A DNA stretch of 64,000 nucleotides from Candidatus Sulfomarinibacteraceae bacterium (GTDB lineage Bacteria > Acidobacteriota > Thermoanaerobaculia > Thermoanaerobaculales > Sulfomarinibacteraceae): contig CAWCLO010000004.1 of assembly GCA_963796455.1 (NCBI GenBank), positions 1,184,001 to 1,248,000 of the forward strand, written 5' to 3'. A program made the translations under genes and the position numbers. The notes under the pieces were generated by a model. The model saw nothing but the letters and a program-made list of their open reading frames with translations, searched no databases and was not told where the DNA came from. This document shows positions 49,286-57,943 of the stretch, piece by piece. Position 1 is the stretch's first letter. Each line of letters opens with the position of its first letter.

Positions 49286-51052
49286 TCAGTTGGTGAAGGC
49301 CGACGCCATGCCCTGGACCACCGCTCGTGCAAAACTCTCACGCCATTCAGCCCGAGCCATGAGTGCCCGGTCCTCGTCGTTGGCGATATTGCAGGCCTCG
49401 ACGAGCACCGCATTCTGTGCTGCCGTGAAACGCAAAACGGCAGGGACCCAGGAGCTGCGGCCACGACGAATCCGGTCGCGGACAGGCTCATAGGGGTGGA
49501 CTCTGATGTCGTTCTTTTTGAGGCTGGAGAGGATATTACCGGCCAGGTGTCGGGATGACGCTTCCACCTTCGCCTTGAACTCGGGCCCGAGACGAATCGT
49601 CGGGTGGTTTCGATACTCAGCGAATTTCTGAATGTCTTTTCGTTTCACCGTAAAGGGATCATCAGGTCTCAGGTAACGGGACGGGACATAGATCATCGCC
49701 CCCCGAACACTCGGGTGCAATGAATCCATGTGCACCGACAAAAAGACGGTCTTCGACCGTGGGAAGCCCGCGCCGAGACGGTTGAGAATGATGTCGTTGG
49801 TGAGGTACCAACGGAGGTGAACCCCGAGGTTCGTGTCGGTGATCTGATACGGGGGTCGAGTCAGGACGACGGCCTCGCGGGTCTGCGGCAGGCGATCCTT
49901 AGGCGGCGGGCGAAAACCCAGTTTCGGATGTTCGACGGTGGTCCAGACGGTTGCTCGGGTGTGGCGCTCGAGATTCGCCTTGATCCGGCACATGATGTCG
50001 TAGGCATAGGTTGCCTCCCACATCCCGGCGGCGACCGCGCCACTGTCACGCCCTCCATGCCCGGCATCGAGAATGACCTGGACCCCGGCGAGGTTTGCAG
50101 CGTCGATCACCTCGAGGAATCGACCGAGTTCCCGCTGCTCCGCGACCCAGGCCAATCGCTCCGGATTGTCCGGCGGCAGGAATCCTGGCAACAAAAGGTC
50201 GAGGGGGATCTTGACCGGGAATCCGATCGGGATCTCGGTCACATCTTCGATCTCGGACCTCTGCGCGATCACCATGGCGGTCTCGTTCACCTGTTTGGCC
50301 AGGAGTTGGCCGGTAAAGCGCACCACCACCGATGAATACAGCGCCTCACCCGCCTGCAGGCGATAGACGGCGTATTCTCCCAGGCTGTCGCGACCATAAT
50401 CCAGTTCTGCCGGGGCTGAGGACAAAACAGGAGGAGTCGGGCGAAGGGCAACCCGGGGCGCCGGAGAGGGTGTTGGTGTGGCAATCGGTGGTATGGCCTT
50501 GAAGTACGCTAAGAGAACCGATTCGGGGACGAGCAAGGTTCGTCCTCGTTTGGGCCCGGACTGCGCAAACCCCGGGTTGGCCCGCTGCAGCGCCGGCGCG
50601 TGATCCGAAGATCCCGTAAAAAGTTCGGCCAACCACTCCCAGCTCTCCTCGGTGCCGCGAAACGGGTCCATCACCCAATGCTGCCAACCCCCGACAACCC
50701 GCGCATCGGCTGGGAAAACCCGCCGCACCGCCTCCACCCTGAGGTCGTCATACATCACTTCGAGTGGAACCCTCACAGCTCGCCCTTGCATCGGGGACCG
50801 CGACCCGGAATTGGCGGCCTGGAGGGCCTTGGCTCCAGACGCAGAACCGGTAAAACGACGCGCAAGTGCGATCCAGCCATCACCCCGGAGCGGGTAGACC
50901 AGGAGCCAGGGATGTTGCCCACGGACCCATCGAATCGTTCCGTGAGGCGGAAAATCAAAATCCACACGCTGCGGCCCCTGCTCCTGGGATTTTGCTCCTC
51001 CGGGAAGCAATACCAGTAACAGCACCGCCAGCAAAAGGGCACAACGCCGCAC
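49286..51052 (-). CDS. N-acetylmuramoyl-L-alanine amidase (Amidase_3) with long N-terminal extension
   Basis: ILDAGHGGRDSGA, WEA, FLSVHMDS and VLVEACN; signal peptide after GTG 51052 (start uncertain). Confidence 0.85.
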   Translation of the reverse strand: MRRCALLLAVLLLVLLPGGAKSQEQGPQRVDFDFPPHGTIRWVRGQHPWLLVYPLRGDGWIALARRFTGSASGAKALQAANSGSRSPMQGRAVRVPLEVMYDDLRVEAVRRVFPADARVVGGWQHWVMDPFRGTEESWEWLAELFTGSSDHAPALQRANPGFAQSGPKRGRTLLVPESVLLAYFKAIPPIATPTPSPAPRVALRPTPPVLSSAPAELDYGRDSLGEYAVYRLQAGEALYSSVVVRFTGQLLAKQVNETAMVIAQRSEIEDVTEIPIGFPVKIPLDLLLPGFLPPDNPERLAWVAEQRELGRFLEVIDAANLAGVQVILDAGHGGRDSGAVAAGMWEATYAYDIMCRIKANLERHTRATVWTTVEHPKLGFRPPPKDRLPQTREAVVLTRPPYQITDTNLGVHLRWYLTNDIILNRLGAGFPRSKTVFLSVHMDSLHPSVRGAMIYVPSRYLRPDDPFTVKRKDIQKFAEYRNHPTIRLGPEFKAKVEASSRHLAGNILSSLKKNDIRVHPYEPVRDRIRRGRSSWVPAVLRFTAAQNAVLVEACNIANDEDRALMARAEWRESFARAVVQGMASAFTN

Positions 51053-51228
51053 CGGAAAACCGCCGTTACTTTCCCCGACCGTCGCGGTGCCGCTGTGAGG
51101 CGAAATCATCCGCGCCGCATCCGGCGCACCGTCGTGGTCTCTGCCTTCCGCATCAAGGGCGAACAGCACCCTCCACATCGACAATCTCTGGGCACCCCTT
51201 ATACTCAGCCGAGGCGCTATGAGGTGGT

Positions 51229-52059
51229 TTGATGGTAACACGCCGACCCGAGTCCGAATCTGAAGTCGAGTCGGAGAGAACCGACTTCGGTGACGTGACG
51301 GAAAGCGACTCTGTTTCGCAAGAACAGCTGCGCGCGCTTCGGGCCGAATTGAAAGAAACCGGTGGTCGAATCCTCTCCTCTTCGGCCCATGGGATCCGCA
51401 ATCACCTCACCATCATTCAGAGTTATCTCGAGATCATTCATTCCGACCTCACTACCGGTCTGAGCGACGAACAGCTGCAATTCCTCGGTATCGCTCATGA
51501 CCACGTCCTGCACCTCAGATCCTTGATCGACGATCTGGTGCTGATCGGCGCCATCGAGACTGGAATTGCCGATCTCAGACCGACCACCTTTGATATCGGG
51601 AGAATCGCGACCAGGATCTGCGCCGAAGGCCACGATCAGGCACAGAGACAAAATGTCACGCTGAGGTGCGAGGTCGAAAATGATGTTGCCGCGTGTGACG
51701 TCGATGTCGACAGCTTTCACGATCTCACCCGGCGGCTGGTCGACAATTCACTGAAATTTACGCCCAGGGGAGGCGCCGTGGTGATCAGGGTGTTCTCGGA
51801 ACCACCCTGGACCACCATGTCGATCAGCGACACGGGTGCAGGCATTCCCGCGGAGAGCCTGGACGAGGTTTTCGAGCTCTTCTCCCAATTTCACCGAGTG
51901 CCGGGTGAACCCAAGGAAAGCCACGGCCTCGGTCTTCCGATCGTGCGCCGATTGGTCGAGGCCAGTGGCGGAGAAATCGCCGTTGACAGCACGGTCGGCG
52001 GAGGCACCGTGGTCACCGTCAGAATCCCTTCCACCGGTCAGCCAAACAGCTCGGATTGA
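51229..52059 (+). CDS. Sensor-less histidine kinase (HisKA-HATPase only)
   Basis: AHGIRNHL, LVDNSLKFT, DTGAGI, GLGL and GGT boxes. Confidence 0.85.
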   Translation: MMVTRRPESESEVESERTDFGDVTESDSVSQEQLRALRAELKETGGRILSSSAHGIRNHLTIIQSYLEIIHSDLTTGLSDEQLQFLGIAHDHVLHLRSLIDDLVLIGAIETGIADLRPTTFDIGRIATRICAEGHDQAQRQNVTLRCEVENDVAACDVDVDSFHDLTRRLVDNSLKFTPRGGAVVIRVFSEPPWTTMSISDTGAGIPAESLDEVFELFSQFHRVPGEPKESHGLGLPIVRRLVEASGGEIAVDSTVGGGTVVTVRIPSTGQPNSSD

Positions 52060-52116
52060 CCAAGATTGGACTCCGGGCTTGATTCCTGGCTCGGAATGGT
52101 GTTTGATCGAAGGCCT

Positions 52117-53250
52117 ATGACGAGTCTCGAATACTTCGATCAGAATTTGCAGCTCTTCCTCCAGGATCTGCAGGATTTCGTGGCTGTCGAAAGCCCGACC
52201 GGCAATCTGCAACAGCTCGAGCTTGCCGCCGACTATCTCATCGCGCGATTCGATCCGCTCGGAGAGCTCGAACGCCACGTGCTGGCTGATGCCGGGCCCC
52301 TCATCCACCTGACCCGCAAGGGCTCTGAAGGACGCATTCTCCTGCTCGCACATTACGACACGGTCTGGCCGGTCGGCTCGTGGAGCACACTATGGAAAAC
52401 TGAGAACGGTCGCGTCTTTGGTCCCGGTGTATATGACATGAAGGGTGGGTTGCTTTTCATCCTTTGGGTCCTCCGTTATCTGGAGAGCCAGGGACTGCAC
52501 CACCCGACCCTTGAGGTACTGCTCACGCCGGATGAGGAGATTGGAGCCCCTGGATCGCGGCCCTATATCGAAGAGGCCGCACGTCGCGCCGACGCGGTCC
52601 TGGTCCTCGAACCATGCAACCTCGACGGCAGCCTGAAGCTCGCCCGTAAGGGGTCCGGAGAGTATGTGATCACCATTCACGGAAAGACATCGCATCAGGG
52701 TGTCGAACCCGAGGTCGGAGTCAATGCGGTCGTCGAAGCGGCCCGCCAGGTCGTGCGGGTTCTCGATCTCGAAGACCCCTCGCTCGGCACTACCGTGGGA
52801 CCCAACGTCATTGACGGCGGCACTGCCAGCAACATGGTTCCGGACCGGGCTGAATTCCGCGTTGATGTCCGAGCGTGGACAGTAGCCGAAACCGAGCGTC
52901 TGGAGCTGGCTCTGCGCAATCTCGAACCGACGATCGAAGGTGCCCAAATCCACGTTTTCGGCGGTTGGAACCGGCTTCCCATGGAGCCTTCCGAAGAATC
53001 CCTCGATCTGTTCCGAGGGGTCCACTCGGTTGGCACGAAGCTCGGTATGGAGCTCGAGTGGGTACGTTGGGGAGGCTCTTCGGACGCAAACGTCGCCGCC
53101 GCGGTCGGAGCGCCGACCATCGATGGTTTCGGACCGATCGGGGAGGGTGCGCATCAGTATCTGGAGTGTATCGTCGTTGACGAGATTCCGAAGCGCCTGG
53201 CGTTGCTTGCCGAGGTGGTGGGTTCTCTAGCCTTTCTGAGTGCGGACTGA
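52117..53250 (+). CDS. M20 metallopeptidase (glutamate carboxypeptidase-like)
   Basis: AHYDTVW, GPGVYDMKGG, DEEIG, LVLEP, GGSSDAN and GEGAH. Confidence 0.92.
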   Translation: MTSLEYFDQNLQLFLQDLQDFVAVESPTGNLQQLELAADYLIARFDPLGELERHVLADAGPLIHLTRKGSEGRILLLAHYDTVWPVGSWSTLWKTENGRVFGPGVYDMKGGLLFILWVLRYLESQGLHHPTLEVLLTPDEEIGAPGSRPYIEEAARRADAVLVLEPCNLDGSLKLARKGSGEYVITIHGKTSHQGVEPEVGVNAVVEAARQVVRVLDLEDPSLGTTVGPNVIDGGTASNMVPDRAEFRVDVRAWTVAETERLELALRNLEPTIEGAQIHVFGGWNRLPMEPSEESLDLFRGVHSVGTKLGMELEWVRWGGSSDANVAAAVGAPTIDGFGPIGEGAHQYLECIVVDEIPKRLALLAEVVGSLAFLSAD

Positions 53251-53312
53251 GCCCGTTTCTCGCCAGGTAACTCCTGCGCTTCCTTGATGGATGAATATCC
53301 AGGAGGTACGCC

Positions 53313-54503
53313 ATGAGAGTTTTTATCGCCGGTGCGGTTCGCACACCAGTGGGCGCGATCGGTGGTGGTCTGAGCACCCTGCAGGCTCAGGATCTTGCCA
53401 CCATCATCATCCGTTCTCTGCTCGAACACACGGGATTCGACCCGAAATTGGTCGAGTACACCTGCATGGGTTGGGTGATGCAAGATCCGCGGTCCCCGAA
53501 CATCGCCAAAACTGCGGCCGAGTTTGCCGGTGTGCCCAACACGTCGCCTGGAACCACATTTCATGAAAACTGCGCATCGGGTGCAGCCGCCATCCACAGC
53601 CTCGCCCGCCGAATCATGCTCGGCGAAGTTTCGGTCGGTGTGGCCGGTGGAGTCGAGTCACTCAGCAATGTGCCCCGCTACCTCTACACCGGCCGGACCA
53701 AGCCCCAACTCTATGGCGACTGGAAACTCGTCGACGGACTTTTTGGCGCTTTGACCGATGCCAACGTCGGGAAAAAGGGTGAACTCATGGGTCTTCTCAG
53801 CGAGCGTCTCGTAGAGCGCTACGACCTCACCAGAGAAGAACAGGACGAGGTCGCATTCAGAAGCCACCACGGTGCGCTCGATGCATGGGGCAATGGGTCT
53901 TTTGACGACTACGTGATCCCGATTGAGGTCCCCAATCGTCGCGGTCCGGCGACGATCGTCGATCGCGACGAGGGGCCACGCGATATCTCCATGGACGAAC
54001 TTGCAGCCGCCAAACCGTATTTCAAACCGGATGGCGGCACCATCACCTCGCTCAACGCATCGAGCGTCAACGACGGCGCCGCCGCCGTGCTTCTCGTGAG
54101 CGAGGATCGAATGAATGAATTGGGTCTGCGGCCTTTGGCGGAGATCAACACATTTCACAACATCGGAGTCGCTCGTGAGTACATGGGTGAGGGCGCTTTC
54201 AAGGTCATCCCCCCACTGCTGCATCGCGCCGGCTACGAATTCAAGGATGTCGATCTTTTCGAAATCAATGAAGCCTTTGCCGCCGTTCTGGCTTCCGCGT
54301 TCCACGATCTCCCCGACCTTCCCCGCGACCGAACCAATATCTGGGGCAGCGGCATCTCCCTCGGCCATCCCGTCGGCTGCACCGGTGCCCGCCAGATCGT
54401 CGATATGACCCACCAACTGCGGCGCCGGGACCGTCGGGTCGGCGTCACGAGCCGTTGTGTAGGGGGCGGCATCGGCAGCGGAGAAGTGCTGGTCGCGGTT
54501 TGA
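53313..54503 (+). CDS. Thiolase (acetyl-CoA C-acyltransferase)
   Basis: NCASG, NASSVNDGAAA, EINEAFA, GHPVGCTG and CVGGG. Confidence 0.95.
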   Translation: MRVFIAGAVRTPVGAIGGGLSTLQAQDLATIIIRSLLEHTGFDPKLVEYTCMGWVMQDPRSPNIAKTAAEFAGVPNTSPGTTFHENCASGAAAIHSLARRIMLGEVSVGVAGGVESLSNVPRYLYTGRTKPQLYGDWKLVDGLFGALTDANVGKKGELMGLLSERLVERYDLTREEQDEVAFRSHHGALDAWGNGSFDDYVIPIEVPNRRGPATIVDRDEGPRDISMDELAAAKPYFKPDGGTITSLNASSVNDGAAAVLLVSEDRMNELGLRPLAEINTFHNIGVAREYMGEGAFKVIPPLLHRAGYEFKDVDLFEINEAFAAVLASAFHDLPDLPRDRTNIWGSGISLGHPVGCTGARQIVDMTHQLRRRDRRVGVTSRCVGGGIGSGEVLVAV

Positions 54504-54508
54504 AACAG

Positions 54509-54537
54509 AAAAAACCACGAGGCAGGATGCCTCGTGG
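54509..54537 (-). terminator. Hairpin terminator between convergent genes
   Basis: AAAAAA followed by CCACGAGGCA-gga-TGCCTCGTGG; the U-tract is on the minus strand. Confidence 0.7.
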
Positions 54538-54700
54538 CGTCATTTCCTTGCGCTCTCACTGACGCGGAGCGTCACTGCCAATACCACTCAAAACGACGGC
54601 GCAGGGAGTCAATCACACCGGGAGGTCCGCTCCAAAAGCATCGGGGCGGTCCAGATATCCGACGCGGGCCCCGAAGTGGGGCCCCGCCGTCGTACCGGAT

Positions 54701-55165
54701 CTACTCCTGCACGCCCTCAGGCCACTGCAGAAACATCCCGTCGTTGACCACGATGTCGTCGTCGAAGTACTCGGTGGCACCGTAGGTGTACGGCGCACTC
54801 GATTCTCCGTCGAGGGCATAGGAAATCAACGTGTAGTGATCCCCGTCAGTGCTGGTATAGAGGAATGCCCGCATCCAACCGTCAACAGCGTTGTAATTGG
54901 ACATATACGCCAGCACGTGGGGCCGCAATGTCTCGGCATCGCTATCGGTTGGAGCGATCGGATATTTGGCATAATCCTGCTGGTACATGCCCACCGCCTT
55001 CGCGATGCCGTTGGCATCCGCGACGGTTCGAGCCTGGCGTCCACGCTGAATCGCGTTGACCAGGTTCGGTATGGCGATTGCGGCCACCAGTCCGATGATT
55101 GCGACCACGATCAGCAACTCAATAAGGGAAAACCCGCGAGACGATGAATGGTGTTGAGTATTCAT
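54701..55165 (-). CDS. Prepilin-type protein (GspG-like pseudopilin)
   Basis: RG|FSLIELLIVVAIIGLVAAIAIP N-methylation motif; DGWMRAFLY...YTLISYALDG. Confidence 0.88.
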   Translation of the reverse strand: MNTQHHSSSRGFSLIELLIVVAIIGLVAAIAIPNLVNAIQRGRQARTVADANGIAKAVGMYQQDYAKYPIAPTDSDAETLRPHVLAYMSNYNAVDGWMRAFLYTSTDGDHYTLISYALDGESSAPYTYGATEYFDDDIVVNDGMFLQWPEGVQE

Positions 55166-55275
55166 GGTCTCGTAACCAAGCAAACACTGTGCCAGAAATT
55201 GTGAACCCCCGAATAATCCCTTACGGGCCGCCTTGCCGGTCGCCCGCGATGGTGCTAGAGTCGGCATCCGCATCG

Positions 55276-55351
55276 GCGGGCATAACTCAGCTGGTAGAGT
55301 GTCAGCTTCCCAAGCTGAATGTCGCGGGTTCGAGTCCCGTTGCCCGCTCCA
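55276..55351 (+). tRNA. tRNA-Gly (anticodon CCC)
   Basis: GCGGGCA acceptor stem, D arm, anticodon arm TCAGC-TTCCCAA-GCTGA, GGTTCGAGTCC T arm, and encoded CCA end. Confidence 0.97.
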
Positions 55352-55381
55352 ATGCAATTTCGAAGGACGAGGGCTCAGCGC

Positions 55382-55825
55382 ATGGGTATCTTTGGACGCG
55401 ACGACACCCCGGCCGACACGACCGCGGGCACGACATCTCGCGGCGCAGCACAGAATTCGCCGATAGCAGCCGGCGACCGCACCATCATTGCCCGCCCGAC
55501 GACGATCGATGGCAAACTGATGGGATCGAGCGAAATACTCATAGATGGAACAGTTAAGGGTTCCGTAACGTGCAGATCCCTGGTCCGGATCGCAGAGCGC
55601 GGATCGATCGAGGCCGATGTCCACGCCCTGACCGTTCAGGTGGCAGGCATCGTCAACGGAGATATTTCGGCCGATGAGCGCATCGTGCTCGAGAAATCGG
55701 CCCGGGTCAAAGGCAATCTCACCGCTCCCCGCATCCTGATTCAAGACGGCGCATCCTTCAAGGGCAAGGTCAATATGCGACCCGGCGAGGCGCGGCCGGC
55801 CGAAAAAACCGCAGGGCGACGGTAA
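55382..55825 (+). CDS. Bactofilin (polymer-forming cytoskeletal protein)
   Basis: TIIA...IDGTVKGSV...VAGIVNGDI...VKGNLTAPRILIQDGASFKG. Confidence 0.92.
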   Translation: MGIFGRDDTPADTTAGTTSRGAAQNSPIAAGDRTIIARPTTIDGKLMGSSEILIDGTVKGSVTCRSLVRIAERGSIEADVHALTVQVAGIVNGDISADERIVLEKSARVKGNLTAPRILIQDGASFKGKVNMRPGEARPAEKTAGRR

Positions 55826-55929
55826 CGTCGCTGGGTACACCCTCGACCTCGATCTCGTCAGAACTCCCCTCTTCCAAGACCTCGCAAAGGCCTCTCATTC
55901 TGAAACGGGCTGTACCAAAATGATTCAGT

Positions 55930-57084
55930 CTAGGATTCGGGCTCTGTGGCCGTCTCGGCCCGTTCAACCGGGCGATAGCGCTCGCGGTATATACCGGCCA
56001 GAGTGATGAACGCGGTCATTGTCAGCGGTCCGAGCAACAACCCGACCGCTCCGAATGCCGCCGCGCCACCGATTAACGACAAAAAAACCAACAGCGTGTG
56101 CATTTGTGCCCGCCGCCCGACGAGCAAGGGTTTGAGCCAGTATTCGACGACAGTGGAGATTGCGGCAAGCGGCACGAAAAGCATGAATGCGCGCCCGGAC
56201 TCGCCCGCGATCAACAAGATGATGGTGGCGGGGATGAAAACCAGCGAGATCCCGACCACCGGGATGAATGCGAGTATCGCCATCACCACGCCCCAGAGGA
56301 CCGGGCCGGGAAGACCCAGGAGCGCAAATGCGATACCACCGGCAATTCCCTGGATAATGGCCGCAAATCCGTTGCCCACCACCAGAGACGAAGCCATATC
56401 CATGAATCGGTGCGATACGGCCCGCTGTTCGTCGATCGGCATCGGCAGGGTCGTTTCGATCCACATTCTCAGATCACGACCGTCAACCAGAAGGTAGTAG
56501 ACAACCAGGACCCAGAAGACGAAGCCGAAGACAAATTGAAGAAGGTGCTTTGCCAGCGAAACACCCTGTTTGTAGAAGAACCCGCCGACCCGAACTCCGA
56601 CCGTTGCCAGGACATCGTAGACCTGGTCTACCGTGATCGTCATACCGAGGGGTTCCAACAGTCTATTTGCCTGATCGATCCGATCCTGGCGTTGTTCGAG
56701 CACCTCACGCAGGTTTCCCTGCGTCAACTGGGTCGTGCTCATCTCGTAGATCCCGAGAGCTTCCTTCGAAACCACCCGAGCCAACTGATAGAGAGGAACC
56801 AACAGCACCACCAGGAGGGCCACACAAATCAAAACGGCCGCTCGCCGTCGGCGGCCGTTGAGCATCAAGACGAGCCGGGTGTACGTCGGTTGGATCAAGC
56901 CGGCGGCAATCAAGGCCAACAAGATGACGGACGAAAACGGGGCCAGGATCATGAGCACCAGGAGGAGGGTCACACCGATGGCGAGCAGCAGCACGATCCA
57001 CGCTGCCCGTTGTGGCGATTCGGCACTCCGCTCGAGCACAGTCTTCTCTTCAGAGTCCACAGCTGTTCCTTTGCCCATTTTCAC
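55930..57084 (-). CDS. AI-2E family transporter
   Basis: YYLLVDG, AIIQG, AFIPVVG, LKPLLVG and GGAAAFGAVGLLLGP. Confidence 0.9.
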   Translation of the reverse strand: MKMGKGTAVDSEEKTVLERSAESPQRAAWIVLLLAIGVTLLLVLMILAPFSSVILLALIAAGLIQPTYTRLVLMLNGRRRRAAVLICVALLVVLLVPLYQLARVVSKEALGIYEMSTTQLTQGNLREVLEQRQDRIDQANRLLEPLGMTITVDQVYDVLATVGVRVGGFFYKQGVSLAKHLLQFVFGFVFWVLVVYYLLVDGRDLRMWIETTLPMPIDEQRAVSHRFMDMASSLVVGNGFAAIIQGIAGGIAFALLGLPGPVLWGVVMAILAFIPVVGISLVFIPATIILLIAGESGRAFMLFVPLAAISTVVEYWLKPLLVGRRAQMHTLLVFLSLIGGAAAFGAVGLLLGPLTMTAFITLAGIYRERYRPVERAETATEPES

Positions 57085-57371
57085 GCCCTGCGATCGACGA
57101 GATAGTGAGCCAGTTCTTCGACAAAAGCATCAACGTCACGTGCCGCCGTTTCTTCATCGACCTCGAAAACCTCCATCAGATGCTCGACCAATCCCCGGTG
57201 ATCGTCAACCCCATCGCGCAAGGCCTCGACGAGATAGACACCGGATTCGTTGATCGAAAACACCTCGAAAGCATCAATGTCGAGGATCACACCGCTGTGG
57301 TCGGCCAGACGGGTCTGGCTGATCGCCTTTGACGATAACAGACGCGAAAGGTCGACGGCCCTCCGGGTCAT
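57081..57371 (-). CDS. PqqD-family RiPP recognition element (lasso B1-like)
   Basis: GVILDIDAFEVFSINESG...LMEVFEVDEETAARDVDAFVEEL. Confidence 0.88.
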   Translation of the reverse strand: MTRRAVDLSRLLSSKAISQTRLADHSGVILDIDAFEVFSINESGVYLVEALRDGVDDHRGLVEHLMEVFEVDEETAARDVDAFVEELAHYLVDRRA

Positions 57372-57871
57372 GCAATCACCCCGGGTTCTGCAAAGGGCAG
57401 TTCGAGCAATCGCGCGTACTCCCCTGCAACCAGGGTCGAATCGCTTCCGACCGGTTTGCCATCGAGAGTCAGCCAGGCGTGACCGTCCGGATCAGCCGGG
57501 TGCTCACCGGGGCGGAAGCCGATGGTGAGGACCGTGCGCCCGCGGTTGAACAACAGGGCGCCAAGCACGAGCGAGCGCACCAGACAGGTGTCCCGACCGC
57601 CGCCCCACCGCGCCCATCGAGATGTCGCCCGAACCGTCGCCCGGTTCATTCGTTCGGTCGAGATAGTGAGCGGACCGCCTCCGGAACGCATCATTTCGGC
57701 CACAACCTGCGGCAGAGGCCGGGAGCCGACCCGCTGCGCCCTGCGCGCCAGGACCAGCGCCTTCATGAAGATGGCGAGATCCACAGGGTGGAAACCGCGG
57801 CCGATCGACGCAGCACCACTCCCTTTACCCGCATTTTCAGAGCGCGCCGATTGTCGTGTCGTCATTTCCAT
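57368..57871 (-). CDS. Lasso peptide B2-like transglutaminase-fold peptidase
   Basis: TCLVRSLVL...IGFR...GHAWLTLDG (Cys/His catalytic motifs). Start may instead be 57865 or 57916. Confidence 0.85.
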   Translation of the reverse strand: MEMTTRQSARSENAGKGSGAASIGRGFHPVDLAIFMKALVLARRAQRVGSRPLPQVVAEMMRSGGGPLTISTERMNRATVRATSRWARWGGGRDTCLVRSLVLGALLFNRGRTVLTIGFRPGEHPADPDGHAWLTLDGKPVGSDSTLVAGEYARLLELPFAEPGVIA

Positions 57872-57943
57872 GTGCCCGTCATTCGTCCCCAGGTTGATGC
57901 CTCGCCTCCCCTCCATTGTCGCCGATTCTGTTACGCTCCGGCC

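Noticed and set aside
55276..55351. tRNA-Gly as a genomic island attachment site
   Set aside because: There is no integrase, and I noticed no duplicated tRNA 3' end in the window.
54701..55840. 379-aa pilin ORF
   Set aside because: The upstream part overlaps tRNA-Gly and bactofilin on the opposite strand. The true prepilin starts at 55165.
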